Below, piece after piece: positions 10,592 to 21,961 of a DNA stretch of 64,000 nucleotides. Position 1 is the stretch's first letter. Every line of letters begins with the position of its first letter. The stretch comes from an uncultured virus (IMG/VR IMGVR_UViG_3300013121_000021) (taxonomy: Duplodnaviria > Heunggongvirae > Uroviricota > Caudoviricetes). The notes under the pieces are model-generated. The model had not been told where the DNA came from, made no database searches, and saw only the letters and a list, made by a program, of their open reading frames with translations. Made by a program: the position numbers and the translations under genes. Where the stretch lies: the IMG/VR virus record IMGVR_UViG_3300013121_000021; one strand, written 5' to 3'.

Positions 10592-11872
10592 TTATTGTAC
10601 GTCTTCTTGCCAGTTAATTGCTATTGCAAATGTAGTACTTGCTGTGGAAAGAGCCGTAACAGTTAAAGTTTCAGATGGAGCTAAAAATATATCAAATGGA
10701 GTTAAATCAACTGCATGTTGATTTGAAGTATTAGAATTAGAATTAAATATAGTTGTTCCACCAGAAATAGTTGCAACTGTATCAACACTTATTGTAGATT
10801 GTGCATTTGTTAATGACATACCATTATCAGCGGTTGAAGCTGAAATTGGTGAAAATGTTGGATTTGTTAATGTGCATGATCGTTTAAAACGAATAACTAT
10901 ATATCCATTACCACCTTGTGATAAAATACTCATATACCTCAATCTAATTAATCCTCTATTTACTGAGGAATTTATATTAGAACAATTTTTTAATGTAAGT
11001 ATATGAGTTTCAGTACTTGCAGATAATGATTTTCCATTTTCAGTACCAAATTGCGGCCCTAAATAAATTTTTGGACCATTAATAAAAATACCAACAGATC
11101 CAATATACATTGTCAAATCAGAAGTATTTCCACTATTTATAACTTGACCATAAACATTTAATATTGGATTTGTTAATTGCACATTAACATTTGAATTAGC
11201 ATATTTAATAGTATGTGCTAAAATCCATCCTGAAGTTTCAGGATTTTGAATAAAAAATCTTATATTACCATATCCTAAAAAAGGATATTTAATCATCATT
11301 GGAACACCTTTAGTTGGATCCAGTGTAAATTCACTAGCTCCATTTCCATCACATGTATCAGCATTCCAAGATGTTTGTGCTATAAAAGTATCATTACTAT
11401 TATATCTATGAAATATACCAAACTGAGTACCATTATAACCCCAAAAATATCCATCTACATCATTTCCCATACCAAATAATTGTTTAGAATTAGATGCTGA
11501 TGTATTAAACGAAGGAGTCATTCGAGCGGTAATTCCCTGCCCAGGTCTATAACCAACAGGTTTTACAGATGATACTATTGCACTACCATCACTATTAGTT
11601 CCAGTTTGCAATCTCAATCTACTTGCATTGGTATCAATTGAACCACCATTCACAGTAGATGAATTTATTAATTGGTTTCTTATTCCAGTACAAAATGATA
11701 AATGACAAACTGGTGTCATTTCCATTGTTTCTAAATCACCAAATGCTCCTAAATTTTCTCCTGGAAAAGCAATAGTATTAGCACCATATGTAGCAATTAA
11801 ATTTAATAAAGATACTTCTAATTCATTTTTTAATGTTGTTAATATAGGACTTAAACCAATATAATTAGCCAT
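10592..11872 (-). CDS. Putative virion structural protein (beta-rich)
   Basis: 426-aa ORF inside the fibre operon; no motif recognised. Confidence 0.55.
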   Translation of the reverse strand: MANYIGLSPILTTLKNELEVSLLNLIATYGANTIAFPGENLGAFGDLETMEMTPVCHLSFCTGIRNQLINSSTVNGGSIDTNASRLRLQTGTNSDGSAIVSSVKPVGYRPGQGITARMTPSFNTSASNSKQLFGMGNDVDGYFWGYNGTQFGIFHRYNSNDTFIAQTSWNADTCDGNGASEFTLDPTKGVPMMIKYPFLGYGNIRFFIQNPETSGWILAHTIKYANSNVNVQLTNPILNVYGQVINSGNTSDLTMYIGSVGIFINGPKIYLGPQFGTENGKSLSASTETHILTLKNCSNINSSVNRGLIRLRYMSILSQGGNGYIVIRFKRSCTLTNPTFSPISASTADNGMSLTNAQSTISVDTVATISGGTTIFNSNSNTSNQHAVDLTPFDIFLAPSETLTVTALSTASTTFAIAINWQEDVQ

Positions 11873-11875
11873 AAC

Positions 11876-12574
11876 TTATAAATTAAACTGATTTTTTATA
11901 ATATTAAAATTTTGAAGAATTTCAGATTCTGATAATAATTTATCATATACCATAATAGCATATATATCGCCAATATATCTCCATCCGGAAGCATTCCCAA
12001 ATATTAATCCATTTGAAGAATAAATATTACCAGTAACAGTTGTAGAATTTAATTCATCAATATAATTTGAATTAACATAATATTTAATATTTGCACCAGA
12101 AGATCTATCAACTAAAAATGTTCGATGATAAGTTGTAGATTCTTGTACATTATGTGTAAAATATTTTGATGAATAATTAATTCCATCACTTACTTCAACT
12201 TGAATAGAAGAAGAACTAGCTCCTTCACCTATTTGTAAACCTAAAGCAGATGCTGTTGGATTTTGACTTAATGTTAATGGATGTCTACTTTGTGGGTAAT
12301 CCACATTAGTAGATTTCATTAATGTTATTAATGAAAAACTATTATTTAATATTGTATTTAATGAAGTAGAATGTGGAATTGTAATAGTTTCATTACCAGA
12401 ATCAAAATTAACGGCGCCATTATATGTAATAGACCCACTTATATTAGCATTAAATTCATTTGATATTAAATTATTTATAACAGATCCGGAACCGGAATAA
12501 GATTTAATATTAGTTGTCGATAAATATATTTTTAAATGATCTGTAACAATACTTAATCCACGAGAAAATCCCAT
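11876..12574 (-). CDS. LamG/concanavalin A-like domain protein
   Basis: SYSGSGS N-terminus and G.I....VYDK.LS..EI.QNFN C-terminus, typical of phage LamG proteins. Confidence 0.75.
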   Translation of the reverse strand: MGFSRGLSIVTDHLKIYLSTTNIKSYSGSGSVINNLISNEFNANISGSITYNGAVNFDSGNETITIPHSTSLNTILNNSFSLITLMKSTNVDYPQSRHPLTLSQNPTASALGLQIGEGASSSSIQVEVSDGINYSSKYFTHNVQESTTYHRTFLVDRSSGANIKYYVNSNYIDELNSTTVTGNIYSSNGLIFGNASGWRYIGDIYAIMVYDKLLSESEILQNFNIIKNQFNL

Positions 12575-12576
12575 TT

Positions 12577-13005
12577 TTAAGGCCTCTCTAATGGATTTAT
12601 TTCAACACGTAATTTTTCAACATCTTTTCGAATACCACTAAGAGTCCAAAAAAATCTATATGAATTATTATCATAAAAACTCAATTTTGTTTTAACACTA
12701 AATAATTTAGACTCTAGATCTATTTCATCAATATATAATATTTTAGAATGTCCTATATTAGTTAATTGTATATTAATATCTTCTTCATAGATTAAATCAT
12801 CTATATAATCTGGTAACCTAACAATACTATGTGATTTTGATATATATGATGTTCCAGTCAATCTAATTCCATGATATGGAGATTCTAATGAACCATATTG
12901 TAGTTGCCAATTTTCTTTATTTTTACTTGGATGATCTATTAAAAATGATTTTGTGGTAGCCGTTAGATTCCCTTCTATATCAACATTTGATAAAACTTTT
13001 GGCAT
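12577..13005 (-). CDS. Stand-alone fibre C-terminal module (TKSFxIxHP...LQYGSLESP)
   Basis: Paralogous to the C-terminus of 17141-18640; the two share 43 identical bp. Confidence 0.65.
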   Translation of the reverse strand: MPKVLSNVDIEGNLTATTKSFLIDHPSKNKENWQLQYGSLESPYHGIRLTGTSYISKSHSIVRLPDYIDDLIYEEDINIQLTNIGHSKILYIDEIDLESKLFSVKTKLSFYDNNSYRFFWTLSGIRKDVEKLRVEINPLERP

Positions 13006-13030
13006 ATCTTATAATCCCAAAAAGATAAGA

Positions 13031-13064
13031 GAATACCCTTTCTAAAATATTAAAAAGGGTATTC
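13031..13064 (-). terminator. Probable intrinsic terminator hairpin
   Basis: GAATACCCTTT...AAAGGGTATTC inverted repeat between genes. Confidence 0.45.
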
Positions 13065-13079
13065 ATAATAAATAATTAT

Positions 13080-16000
13080 TTATCCAACAACTACAACTGT
13101 ATATTGTCCAGATGTTGGGGCAACGGCAAAAGTAAGAGTACAAGTAGTAGTAGAAGTTAAACTAATATCTGGATAGACAACATCATAAGAAGTTGAATCA
13201 AATACTAATACTGCAACATTTCTAGAACCAATATCATGTGTAACTACTATAGAAGTTAATGCACCATTACCAACTGTAGTTGAATATTTCTTTAATATAT
13301 TAGATGCTGAAATTGTACCAGTTACACTTAAATTATTATTAACTGTGGTAGTACCAGTAGCTGCACCAATACTTAAAGTAGTTGCTGCTCTAAATGCATT
13401 AATAGTAGTAGCTGTAGTATTAAATACATCAAATGAAGCAGATGAAGTGACTACACTTGTTTCAAACGATGGAGATGTACTAAATACTGCTTTCGCGCCA
13501 CTAGTATATCCAGTTTCATCAGAAAGAACTCCTGCTAGCTGAGCAGAAGTAGTTGCTGCGAACTGCGATAATGCGGTTCCAGTATATGCTACTGTACCGC
13601 CTGTACCAAAAGCTACAGAAGATGTGTCAGTACCACTAAAAGTTAAAGTACTATTACAAGTAAGAGTTTTACCATCTGCTATTGTTAATACTGCGCTAGT
13701 AGCAGGAGCTGTAATTGTAACTTTATTAATAGAGGTAGCAGTTGCAACACCTAATGATGGAGTAGTAAGAGATGGGCTAGTTGCGAAAACAAGAGCACCA
13801 CTACCAGTTTCATCAGAAATAACCCCAGCTAATTGCGCAGAAGTAGTTGCTGCAAACTGAGCTAATGTCCCACCAGTATATGCTACTGTACCACCTGCAC
13901 CAAAAGCTACAGAAGATGAATCCGTACCACTAAAAGTTAAAGTATTATTACAAGTAAATACTTTACCTGCAGCAACAGTTAATCCACCACCAAATGCAAC
14001 AGTTATTGCATCAGTACCTGTAAAAGTTAAGGTATTACTACAAGTAAGTGTTTTACCATTAGCAATAGTTAAAGTAGCAGAAGTAGCAGGAGCTGTAATT
14101 GTAACTTTATTAATAGTAGAATTAGCAGTTATTGCACCACCAAAATATGAAGCTCCAGCCGCTACATATAATGCATAAGGATTTGTAATTGTTACATTTG
14201 CGCCATTAGTTGGTGCACCTGCAATATAAAATGAAGCGGCATTTGTATATGTTACTGTCGCATTAGTAGCAGCAATAGTATTAATAGCTATAGATTCAAT
14301 AACACCCCAAGCAGCAGTACCGGAGGCTGCAGTCGAATTATCTGTAAAAGTAGATGCTAAATTTTGATAGGCAATACCAGCTGTTCCCCAAGCAGCAGCT
14401 GTTAAATTACCAGAACTAGTAACTGTACCTCCAACAAATAATCCTTTAGCAATACCAACGCCACCACTAATAACTACTGCTCCAGTTGCAGTGGAAGTTG
14501 TTGCAGTTGTAGAATTAAAAGTAGTAGTACCAGTAACTGCGCCAAAACTAATAGTCGTGGCAGCTCCGAATGCATTAATTGTTGTTGCGGTGGCATTAAA
14601 TACATTTTGAGTTGTCGAGGCACCAACAATAGTACCACTATTAATAGTAGTTGAACCAGCAATTGAAGAACCAATATTAATATTTGTAGTAGATCCTGCT
14701 GCACCATTAGTACCAATATTTACTGTTTTAGTGGTTGCAGTCGCAGTCGCACCAGTAGCGAAATTATATGTAGATGCTGCCGTTGAACTGCCACCAATAG
14801 TAACCGTCTGAGCACCTGCTGCACCACCAATAGCTAAAGTAGTAGCTGCGCCAAAAGCATTAATTGTAGTAGCGGTAGTATTAAATACATCAAATGAAGA
14901 AGATCCGGTTACTACTGAAGTTGTAAAACTTGGAGATGTACCAAATACTAATACCCCGCTACCAGTTTCATCAGAAATAACACCTGCTAATTGAGCAGAT
15001 GTGGTAGCTGCAAATGCACCTAAATTATTAGAAGTTGTTGCTAATGTACCTGAAGTTGGTAAAGTAATTGAAGTGGCGCCACTTACTGTTAATGTAGTAG
15101 TGTAAGCCCCACTAAATGTAACATTACCACCAATAGTAATAGTAGAAGATCCATTATTAACACCAGTACCACCATAAGTACCAGTAATTAAAGAACCTTG
15201 CCAAGTACCAGAAGAAATGGTCCCAACACTAGTTAAACTGGAAGCTGTAACTCCACTCCCTAATGTTGTTGCACTTAATACTGATGTATTATTAATTTTA
15301 TATACTAATCCAGAAGATAAATTCCAAGATTGATTGGCCGTCCAATTATCATTAGTATTATCCCAGATAATCGTCTTATCTGTACTTCCTTTAAGAGAAA
15401 TACCACCACCATCAGCAGTAGTGTCTGTTGGTGTACCGACTGCACCTAGTTCAATTAATTTATCATCTACTGTAATAGTAGTAGCGTTGATTGTAGTCGT
15501 TGTTCCATTAACAGTAAAATTACCTGTTACGACTAAATCAGAATTAACAGTAGTTGTGCTAGTTGTATGTCCTATTGATACAGTCGGTGAACTAATAGTA
15601 GTTGTTCCACCATTAGAAGAACCGATATTAACATTAGTAGTAGAAGATGCTGCTGCACCTGTACCAATATTAACTGTTTTTGTTTTTGTACCAGCAGTAA
15701 CACCAGTAGCTAAATTATATGTTGAGGTATCAGTTGATCCACCACCAATTGTGAGTGTCTGTGCAGCTGCTGCACCACCAATAGCTAAAGTAGTAGCTGC
15801 ACCAGCAAAATTAATAGTTGTTGCAGTAGTGTTAAGTAAATCAAATGATGAGGATCCAGTTACAATAGAAGTTGTGATTGTTGGCGATGTACCGAATACT
15901 AATAACCCACTACCTGTCTCATCAGAAATAACACCTGCTAGCTCAGCAGATGTGGTGGCTGCAAATGCACTTAATTTACTTGAAGTAGTTACTAATGTAC

Positions 16001-16403
16001 CAGAAGTTGGTAATGTAACATTTGTTCCAGCAGTTACAGTAATAACTGTTGCAAAAGCACCAGAAAAAGTAAGATTACCACCAATAGTAATAGTCGAACT
16101 ACCGTTATTTACACCAGTACCACCATAGGTACCAGAAATTAAACTACCTTGCCAAGTAGCAGCGGTGATTGCTTGACTATTAAAACTTACAGAAGAAGTA
16201 GGGGCAGCTATACTATTTAAAGTAGTAGTAGAAGGATAAAAATCAATAAACCCACTACCATCATGAAACTTAAGTTTATGATTTGAACTATCTGTATAAA
16301 TCTGTCCCTCAACTGGAGAAGCTGGAGCTGTACCTAACTTCTGAATGACAGCATTTTGTAATTCATTTTTATTAAGATCAACATTAACTAAAAACTTAGA
16401 CAT
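13080..16403 (-). CDS. Long tail-fibre/spike protein
   Basis: 1107 aa, T/G/A/S-rich; four copies of FAATTSAxLAGVxSDETG and other internal repeats. Confidence 0.8.
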   Translation of the reverse strand: MSKFLVNVDLNKNELQNAVIQKLGTAPASPVEGQIYTDSSNHKLKFHDGSGFIDFYPSTTTLNSIAAPTSSVSFNSQAITAATWQGSLISGTYGGTGVNNGSSTITIGGNLTFSGAFATVITVTAGTNVTLPTSGTLVTTSSKLSAFAATTSAELAGVISDETGSGLLVFGTSPTITTSIVTGSSSFDLLNTTATTINFAGAATTLAIGGAAAAQTLTIGGGSTDTSTYNLATGVTAGTKTKTVNIGTGAAASSTTNVNIGSSNGGTTTISSPTVSIGHTTSTTTVNSDLVVTGNFTVNGTTTTINATTITVDDKLIELGAVGTPTDTTADGGGISLKGSTDKTIIWDNTNDNWTANQSWNLSSGLVYKINNTSVLSATTLGSGVTASSLTSVGTISSGTWQGSLITGTYGGTGVNNGSSTITIGGNVTFSGAYTTTLTVSGATSITLPTSGTLATTSNNLGAFAATTSAQLAGVISDETGSGVLVFGTSPSFTTSVVTGSSSFDVFNTTATTINAFGAATTLAIGGAAGAQTVTIGGSSTAASTYNFATGATATATTKTVNIGTNGAAGSTTNINIGSSIAGSTTINSGTIVGASTTQNVFNATATTINAFGAATTISFGAVTGTTTFNSTTATTSTATGAVVISGGVGIAKGLFVGGTVTSSGNLTAAAWGTAGIAYQNLASTFTDNSTAASGTAAWGVIESIAINTIAATNATVTYTNAASFYIAGAPTNGANVTITNPYALYVAAGASYFGGAITANSTINKVTITAPATSATLTIANGKTLTCSNTLTFTGTDAITVAFGGGLTVAAGKVFTCNNTLTFSGTDSSSVAFGAGGTVAYTGGTLAQFAATTSAQLAGVISDETGSGALVFATSPSLTTPSLGVATATSINKVTITAPATSAVLTIADGKTLTCNSTLTFSGTDTSSVAFGTGGTVAYTGTALSQFAATTSAQLAGVLSDETGYTSGAKAVFSTSPSFETSVVTSSASFDVFNTTATTINAFRAATTLSIGAATGTTTVNNNLSVTGTISASNILKKYSTTVGNGALTSIVVTHDIGSRNVAVLVFDSTSYDVVYPDISLTSTTTCTLTFAVAPTSGQYTVVVVG

Positions 16404-16422
16404 AATATTTATAACCTATCTT

Positions 16423-16923
16423 TTAATTTAAATATGCGGTTCCTGCGAATGGTGCTCTAAATGTAACAGATAAATTTTTCTTATCTATATATTCAACATC
16501 ACCTATTACAACAGATCCAGCAGAATCAACTACTGTAACTGATGGAAATTTTGATAAACCATGATTTATATTCCATGTAATATTAGGAACTATTTGATCA
16601 TGTTTATAAGTATCAAATCGATTAACTAAATCATCTATAACTGCTTTATTAATTCTTAAACCACAATGCGATCCTATTGCAAATTGTTTAGCAGTAGTTC
16701 CACCTTGTGCTCGTACTACAGTTAATTCTAATTCATCTATATTTGTTACTTTAACTGTCTCGTAATTATTATCATTATCTATTATATCCAAATAAAAATA
16801 ATCTTCTTGTAAAGGATCTATATTTGGAAAATTAGATACAGATTCAACAAAAATTGATGTATCCGCATAATCTACTAATGATGTTGTTTTTGTATATGTA
16901 TAAGATGATAATTTTAATTCCAT
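16423..16923 (-). CDS. Fibre-associated structural protein
   Basis: YETVKVT...RAQGGTTAK...CGLRINKAVIDDL shared with the N-terminus of 17141-18640; C-terminal WNINHGL..FPSVTVVD module. Confidence 0.65.
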   Translation of the reverse strand: MELKLSSYTYTKTTSLVDYADTSIFVESVSNFPNIDPLQEDYFYLDIIDNDNNYETVKVTNIDELELTVVRAQGGTTAKQFAIGSHCGLRINKAVIDDLVNRFDTYKHDQIVPNITWNINHGLSKFPSVTVVDSAGSVVIGDVEYIDKKNLSVTFRAPFAGTAYLN

Positions 16924-16926
16924 ATA

Positions 16927-17136
16927 TTAAAGAAATATGCCTTTATAAAAAGATGAAAATGATGCATTAATTGTAACATTTCCAGTACCAGAATCTACTC
17001 CTGTACTTTCAATGTTTATATTATCACCAGCTGTTATTTTAGTAATAACTGCTTTATCTGGTATAGTTATATTTAAATCATCTACAGTAATAGTTTGATC
17101 TTTTATTTGTTTTGAGCCAACTTCTGTTCTGCTCAT
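16927..17136 (-). CDS. Small structural protein
   Basis: ITKITAGDNINIESTG..TGNVTINA fibre-like motif. Confidence 0.55.
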   Translation of the reverse strand: MSRTEVGSKQIKDQTITVDDLNITIPDKAVITKITAGDNINIESTGVDSGTGNVTINASFSSFYKGIFL

Positions 17137-17140
17137 TTTA

Positions 17141-18640
17141 TTATACCTCAAATTCTACTATTAAATCATCTACATCTTTTCGTATAGCAGTAAAAGACCA
17201 AAAAAATTCGCTACCATCTAATTCAGATCCAACAACAAAATAATTATTTTCAAAATTTATTTGTTCTATCCATAAAGTATTTATAAATCCAATTGGTGTC
17301 AATTGAATATTTATTCCTTCATCCTTTACTAGACTATTAATATAATCTGGTAATATTATCTTACAACATTTTTTATTAATTTTTCCTTTACCAGTTAATC
17401 TAATTCCATGATATGGAGATTCTAATGAACCATATTGTAATTTATAATTTTCTTTTGTTGGATGAACTATTTCAAAAGATTTAGTTTTAGCGGCAAATGA
17501 TCCATTTACTTCTAAATTATGAGAAGGATTAGAAGTATTTATTCCTATTTTACCAGTAGATGATATAACTAATTGATCAGTATTAAAACAAATTTTTGAT
17601 TGATCAGGTGTAGATATTAGAAAATCTTGGGTTCCTCGATGAATTATTTCAGATATTCCAGTAATAGTTCTTGATATTTTTAATGAATAATTTGGATAAG
17701 TATCATCACCATGTAAATTAATACTTGATATTCGATTTCCGGTTAAACTATTACTTATATGAACATCATTTAAATTTGATAAAGATGATTGAAAATATGA
17801 AGCATTATATCCATCTAATAAATCTGCGTTTAAATTAGAAACAACAGTTGTAGATGTTACTATAAACGGCGATTCACCTATTGGTGCAATCGATTCAAAA
17901 ATTCTTGCTTGTATAGTTCCTATTGTTCCAGAAAATACTTCTGAATCATTAGTAGCTGAAGGAATGAAAACAAATTTATGAGATGAATTTTGAAATCCAA
18001 AAAATCCTCTTTTAGAATCAAAACCATCATGCCATCTAAATTCAATCCCTCTATCCTTACCATCATTTGATGTTGGTGCGGTATCACCACCTAATGTAAA
18101 AATTGGATCATCAATAGTAATAGTTGTTGAATTAAGTATTGTAGTTAATCCATCAACCATTAAATTTCCAAATACTCTTAAATCATGTTTAATATTAGTT
18201 ATACCATTAATATTACCAACATTAATAGTAGTTGCTTCACCACCAAAATTGATAGTTGTAGCAACATCATTAACTAAATTATAAGTACTTGTATTTGTAA
18301 TTAGAGCATTTGCTTGTACATGTGAATTTATATAAGCAACTAAATCATCTATAATTGCTTTATTAATTCTTAGACCACATGGACTATTCGCATTAAAATT
18401 TTTAGCTATTGTTCCACCAGATCCTCGAATACATGTAATGATATTATTATTTTTATTTGTAACTTTTACTGTTTCATAAGTTCCATCAGTTAAGTTTAAA
18501 ATATCTAAATAAAAATATTCATTTAATTGTGTATCTATATCTGGAAAAATAGATCCATTTTCAACATTAAATGTGGTTTGCGTATTGTTTATTAAATTAG
18601 TTAATTTAGTATAACTATTATTAGATAGTTTTGAAAGCAT
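17141..18640 (-). CDS. Tail fibre protein
   Basis: NLNADLLDG, G.IGINT..P...LEVNG and C-terminal TKSF..HP..LQYGSLESP modules. Confidence 0.75.
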   Translation of the reverse strand: MLSKLSNNSYTKLTNLINNTQTTFNVENGSIFPDIDTQLNEYFYLDILNLTDGTYETVKVTNKNNNIITCIRGSGGTIAKNFNANSPCGLRINKAIIDDLVAYINSHVQANALITNTSTYNLVNDVATTINFGGEATTINVGNINGITNIKHDLRVFGNLMVDGLTTILNSTTITIDDPIFTLGGDTAPTSNDGKDRGIEFRWHDGFDSKRGFFGFQNSSHKFVFIPSATNDSEVFSGTIGTIQARIFESIAPIGESPFIVTSTTVVSNLNADLLDGYNASYFQSSLSNLNDVHISNSLTGNRISSINLHGDDTYPNYSLKISRTITGISEIIHRGTQDFLISTPDQSKICFNTDQLVISSTGKIGINTSNPSHNLEVNGSFAAKTKSFEIVHPTKENYKLQYGSLESPYHGIRLTGKGKINKKCCKIILPDYINSLVKDEGINIQLTPIGFINTLWIEQINFENNYFVVGSELDGSEFFWSFTAIRKDVDDLIVEFEV

Positions 18641-18661
18641 ATTAACCACAAAAAAAGAGAA

Positions 18662-18928
18662 TTATAACTTAATTATATATAAAAATAAATTATTTATATC
18701 ATCACTAGGTATTAACCTATGATATTTATTTTTCGGTATTTTTATTTGTTCTTTTGTAATATTTAACGGCAATTCATTATCTAATTGAAACTTCCAATTA
18801 GTAGGCAATAAACTGTATATTATTCTATCTTCTAAATCTTTATGCCATTGCATAACGGAAGAATTCTTAAATTGTCGTAAAAATAAATTATCTTTCAAAT
18901 GAATTTCAAAATATTTATGATAATCCAT
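18662..18928 (-). CDS. Small cupin-like phage protein
   Basis: WHxDxEDR...WKFQLDNELP...IPKNKYHRLI. Confidence 0.5.
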   Translation of the reverse strand: MDYHKYFEIHLKDNLFLRQFKNSSVMQWHKDLEDRIIYSLLPTNWKFQLDNELPLNITKEQIKIPKNKYHRLIPSDDINNLFLYIIKL

Positions 18929-19103
18929 GTTTCTTTAATAATGCAGCTCCAACAATACCAGTAAATGCTGCAGCTGGTAATAATTCCATTCCACCTTTTA
19001 TCATTTTATAAGGTGTACCTTTCACATTCATAACTGGTTTTGTTATATTAAGTGGTCTTTTTATATTTAATAAATTACTTACATCTTCTAAAATATTTTT
19101 CAT
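18915..19103 (-). CDS. Small protein with conserved N-terminal leader
   Basis: Likely start MKNILEDVSNLL at 19103 (ATGA overlap); hydrophobic C-terminus. Confidence 0.55.
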   Translation of the reverse strand: MKNILEDVSNLLNIKRPLNITKPVMNVKGTPYKMIKGGMELLPAAAFTGIVGAALLKKHGLS

Positions 19104-19327
19104 AATTTCATAATTCTTTGTTCTAATATACAAGAATAAAGAACCATATGTTCAATTTGCTGTTTAAGTAATTCTTGTTCTTCTTTTTCTAAAGAATTAT
19201 ATATATCTGTGATAAAAAAAGATTTTAATCTTTCTATTTTTTCATCTAAATCTTGCTTTTCATCAATTACACGTTGAAAGGCTTTTATTTTTTTAATTTT
19301 TTGTTCTAAAGGATTTTCTATCACCAT
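19100..19327 (-). CDS. crAss001_48-like small helical phage protein
   Basis: FQRVIDEKQDLDEKIERLKSF...LLKQQ..HM..YS.IL.QRI pattern. Confidence 0.6.
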   Translation of the reverse strand: MVIENPLEQKIKKIKAFQRVIDEKQDLDEKIERLKSFFITDIYNSLEKEEQELLKQQIEHMVLYSCILEQRIMKL

Positions 19328-19866
19328 GGTTCTCCAGATTGCAATCCTACATCTTTATGATATTTTCCAATATTACATGACCACCATTTAGCTCTCCATT
19401 TAGGACCAGGTTCTTCGCAATGATGCCGTTTTAAAAATGCTTGTGCCCTAACTGGATTATCATTTTTAACAGATCTTTCCGGATCTCCAAATCTAACCAA
19501 TACTACATTTCCCTTATCATTTTTAGTATAAACGGCGTATTTCTTTCTTGGATGACCAGGTGTTCTAAATGGTTTATCTAAAGTCTTTTCTTCTTTCTCT
19601 TCTTCAATTATCCAAGGAATATCTAACAAAACTTCTCTATTTTCATATATTCCTATTTGACCAGCATCCGTTTCGCTGATTAAAAATCGATCATCTTCAT
19701 TTAGTTGAATTAAATTATCATTAAATAATTGTCGTGTTTCATTAACTAAATTTATCCAACTTTCTGAACCATATCTTAAAATATTATTACCTAATAAATT
19801 CAATTTATTTTCCGTATAATATTTTAAGTTCTGACTTATTAAATTATTTATATCTTGAAGTATCAT
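19321..19866 (-). CDS. Conserved large-phage protein with N-terminal leader
   Basis: KKYAVY.KN.KGNVV.VRFGDP...F.KRH.C...KWRA.WWSC motif. Confidence 0.65.
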   Translation of the reverse strand: MILQDINNLISQNLKYYTENKLNLLGNNILRYGSESWINLVNETRQLFNDNLIQLNEDDRFLISETDAGQIGIYENREVLLDIPWIIEEEKEEKTLDKPFRTPGHPRKKYAVYTKNDKGNVVLVRFGDPERSVKNDNPVRAQAFLKRHHCEEPGPKWRAKWWSCNIGKYHKDVGLQSGEPW

Positions 19867-20369
19867 AATTTATCTAGTACCTTTAAACGATATTGTAAAA
19901 TCAATTTACCTTCTGGATTAATATGTTTGTGAATATCATTAGTAATTAATTTTTTTGCAGTTTCAATATCAACAAATTGATAATCTACATTATCATTATC
20001 TTTACCATATAAACTTTTATTTTCCTTTACTAAATTAGCTTTATAGTAACTAGTAGTTGATCCTTCATGATCTGTATTTTTCAATTTTCTTATTTGGTCT
20101 GACCATTCCATTATAAATGGTTTAATATTAATTTTCTTAATATTATTAATATCTAAACCAACTTCTTCTAAAGTTTCTCGCCTAATAGATTCAATAATAT
20201 CTTCATCTGGTTCAATTCCTCCTCCTGGGAATCCATGATATGGATCTTTCAGTTCTCCATATGGAGGAATAGTAGTTAATAATATTTTATTATTATTAAA
20301 TATTATTACTTCAACTCTTTGTCGATATAAAGAATCAATTAAATTATTTATTTGTTCTAATATTTTCAT
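19863..20369 (-). CDS. Nudix hydrolase
   Basis: Nudix box FPGGGIEPDEDIIESIRRETLEEVG. Confidence 0.9.
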   Translation of the reverse strand: MKILEQINNLIDSLYRQRVEVIIFNNNKILLTTIPPYGELKDPYHGFPGGGIEPDEDIIESIRRETLEEVGLDINNIKKINIKPFIMEWSDQIRKLKNTDHEGSTTSYYKANLVKENKSLYGKDNDNVDYQFVDIETAKKLITNDIHKHINPEGKLILQYRLKVLDKL

Positions 20370-20722
20370 ATTTCACATTTAGCCAATAAATCAGATGATA
20401 TAAACTTCCCTTCTATACTATCTAAATTTAAATTAACAACCTTTTGAAGTCTATGTAAACCATCAATAGCTACTAATTTATTTTTATAATTAGATATTAT
20501 AACTGGGACATTTACATCTGCTTTTTCGACTCTATCCTTATCTGGTTTATCATATTTTAAAACCCATTTTAAATCTGAAACTTTAAAAGTTTTAGGTTTA
20601 ATTTTTTCTGTTAATTTAAATATACAATTTAAATTATAATTTTTTTTATTATGTGTAATAGTGGAATCTATTTCTTCATATTCTAGTATTAAATTATCTA
20701 TTTGTTCTAATATATTTTTCAT
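20366..20722 (-). CDS. ParB/Srx-like domain protein
   Basis: PVII...AIDGLHRL motif. Confidence 0.65.
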   Translation of the reverse strand: MKNILEQIDNLILEYEEIDSTITHNKKNYNLNCIFKLTEKIKPKTFKVSDLKWVLKYDKPDKDRVEKADVNVPVIISNYKNKLVAIDGLHRLQKVVNLNLDSIEGKFISSDLLAKCEI

Positions 20723-20782
20723 TTATTTTATAAAGATATTATAATATAAATAATGTTGTCTGTTACAATTTGGAGAACAGTT

Positions 20783-21115
20783 ATGAGCATTAATATGGAA
20801 TGTCACAATCTCACTGGGAACAATGGTTACATCGTGATTTGGTATGGATTCTGCGGTTTCCAAGGACAGCATTGGAGAGTATCAATTGAAGCAGAAAACG
20901 CATACGAACCAGGGAAGGTAGCGCACTTTACCCCCTGTTCGGAAATAGAATGGGAAAGTATGCGACTGGCGGTTGTCGCCCATCCAATGCTGCGACATCA
21001 TGAATTTGCAGATTTTGAATTGATTTTTGATCTAGTAAATCTAAAAGAAGATGAAGGTGGCTACTATTTAGATAAATTTGAAATAAGAAAAAAAGAACAG
21101 GAAATAATTTACTAA
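20783..21115 (+). CDS. Hypothetical protein (GC-elevated)
   Basis: GGAGA RBS before the ATG at 20783; promoter-like motif variant at 20730-20744. Confidence 0.65.
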   Translation: MSINMECHNLTGNNGYIVIWYGFCGFQGQHWRVSIEAENAYEPGKVAHFTPCSEIEWESMRLAVVAHPMLRHHEFADFELIFDLVNLKEDEGGYYLDKFEIRKKEQEIIY

Positions 21116-21156
21116 ATTTTAATAACTTGAAAGGTATTACGCCTTTCTTTTTTATT

Positions 21157-21600
21157 TCAAACAAATATATTTTTAATAAAATGCCAACTTCTAACAGCGT
21201 TATAATATAAATTAGCAAATATAAATCCTTCTTTTTCCATTAATTTATAAAATATTTTATCAATAGTTTTTATTGCAATAGGAAAATGTTGTTTATCTCC
21301 TGGACTATAATAAAATTGACATAAAGCATCATGTACCAAACTTGGATAATATAATTCTGGTTTTTTAGTAGTTCTATTTACTGGACCATCCCATATACCA
21401 ATAAATACTCCATTACCTAAATAAAATTTAGGTGAACAACCATCCCAAGAATAAGTCATATATATTGTAATAGTTCCATCAATATGAAGTGTTAATCTTA
21501 ATACACCATTTTGATCATAATAATCATATGGTCTATAAAATTTTAAAAATGTAGATTTTATATGATAATCTTTATCTAAAGTAAATTTCCAATGTGACAT
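21157..21600 (-). CDS. DUF1353-like protein
   Basis: WDGCSP...PSLVHDALCQ...DKIF..LM...YY.AVR motif. Confidence 0.6.
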   Translation of the reverse strand: MSHWKFTLDKDYHIKSTFLKFYRPYDYYDQNGVLRLTLHIDGTITIYMTYSWDGCSPKFYLGNGVFIGIWDGPVNRTTKKPELYYPSLVHDALCQFYYSPGDKQHFPIAIKTIDKIFYKLMEKEGFIFANLYYNAVRSWHFIKNIFV

Positions 21601-21917
21601 TATCTTCTTTTATATTTATTTTTTAATATAGTCCGATTAGTTTTAGGATCATATTTAAAATGATCTTGAGGATGTTTAGAATGAACGGCGGCTCTATCTA
21701 ATGCTCTTTCCCGAGCAGTCATTTGGTCTCTTATTTGACCGGCAGGAGTTAATGTTTTACCATCTGCTTCTAAATGACCTCTATTAATTAATATTCTAAT
21801 AGCTAAATCTCGATCCCCACCAACCTGTGCTGTTAATCTATTAATTAATTGATACCGTCCTCTATATTTTTGGGTATGTTCTTGAATTAAATTCTTTACA
21901 GAATTAAGTATATTCAT
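21600..21917 (-). CDS. Basic hypothetical protein with N-terminal leader
   Basis: Starts MNILNSVKNLIQE. Confidence 0.65.
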   Translation of the reverse strand: MNILNSVKNLIQEHTQKYRGRYQLINRLTAQVGGDRDLAIRILINRGHLEADGKTLTPAGQIRDQMTARERALDRAAVHSKHPQDHFKYDPKTNRTILKNKYKRR

Positions 21918-21961
21918 TATAAACTAGCTTTACCAACTTACTAAATTATTTCTATATAAAA

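Noticed and set aside
13345..16128. Plus-strand and alternate-frame Val/Pro- or Leu-rich ORFs
   Set aside because: Shadows of the Thr/Gly/Ala-rich fibre gene.
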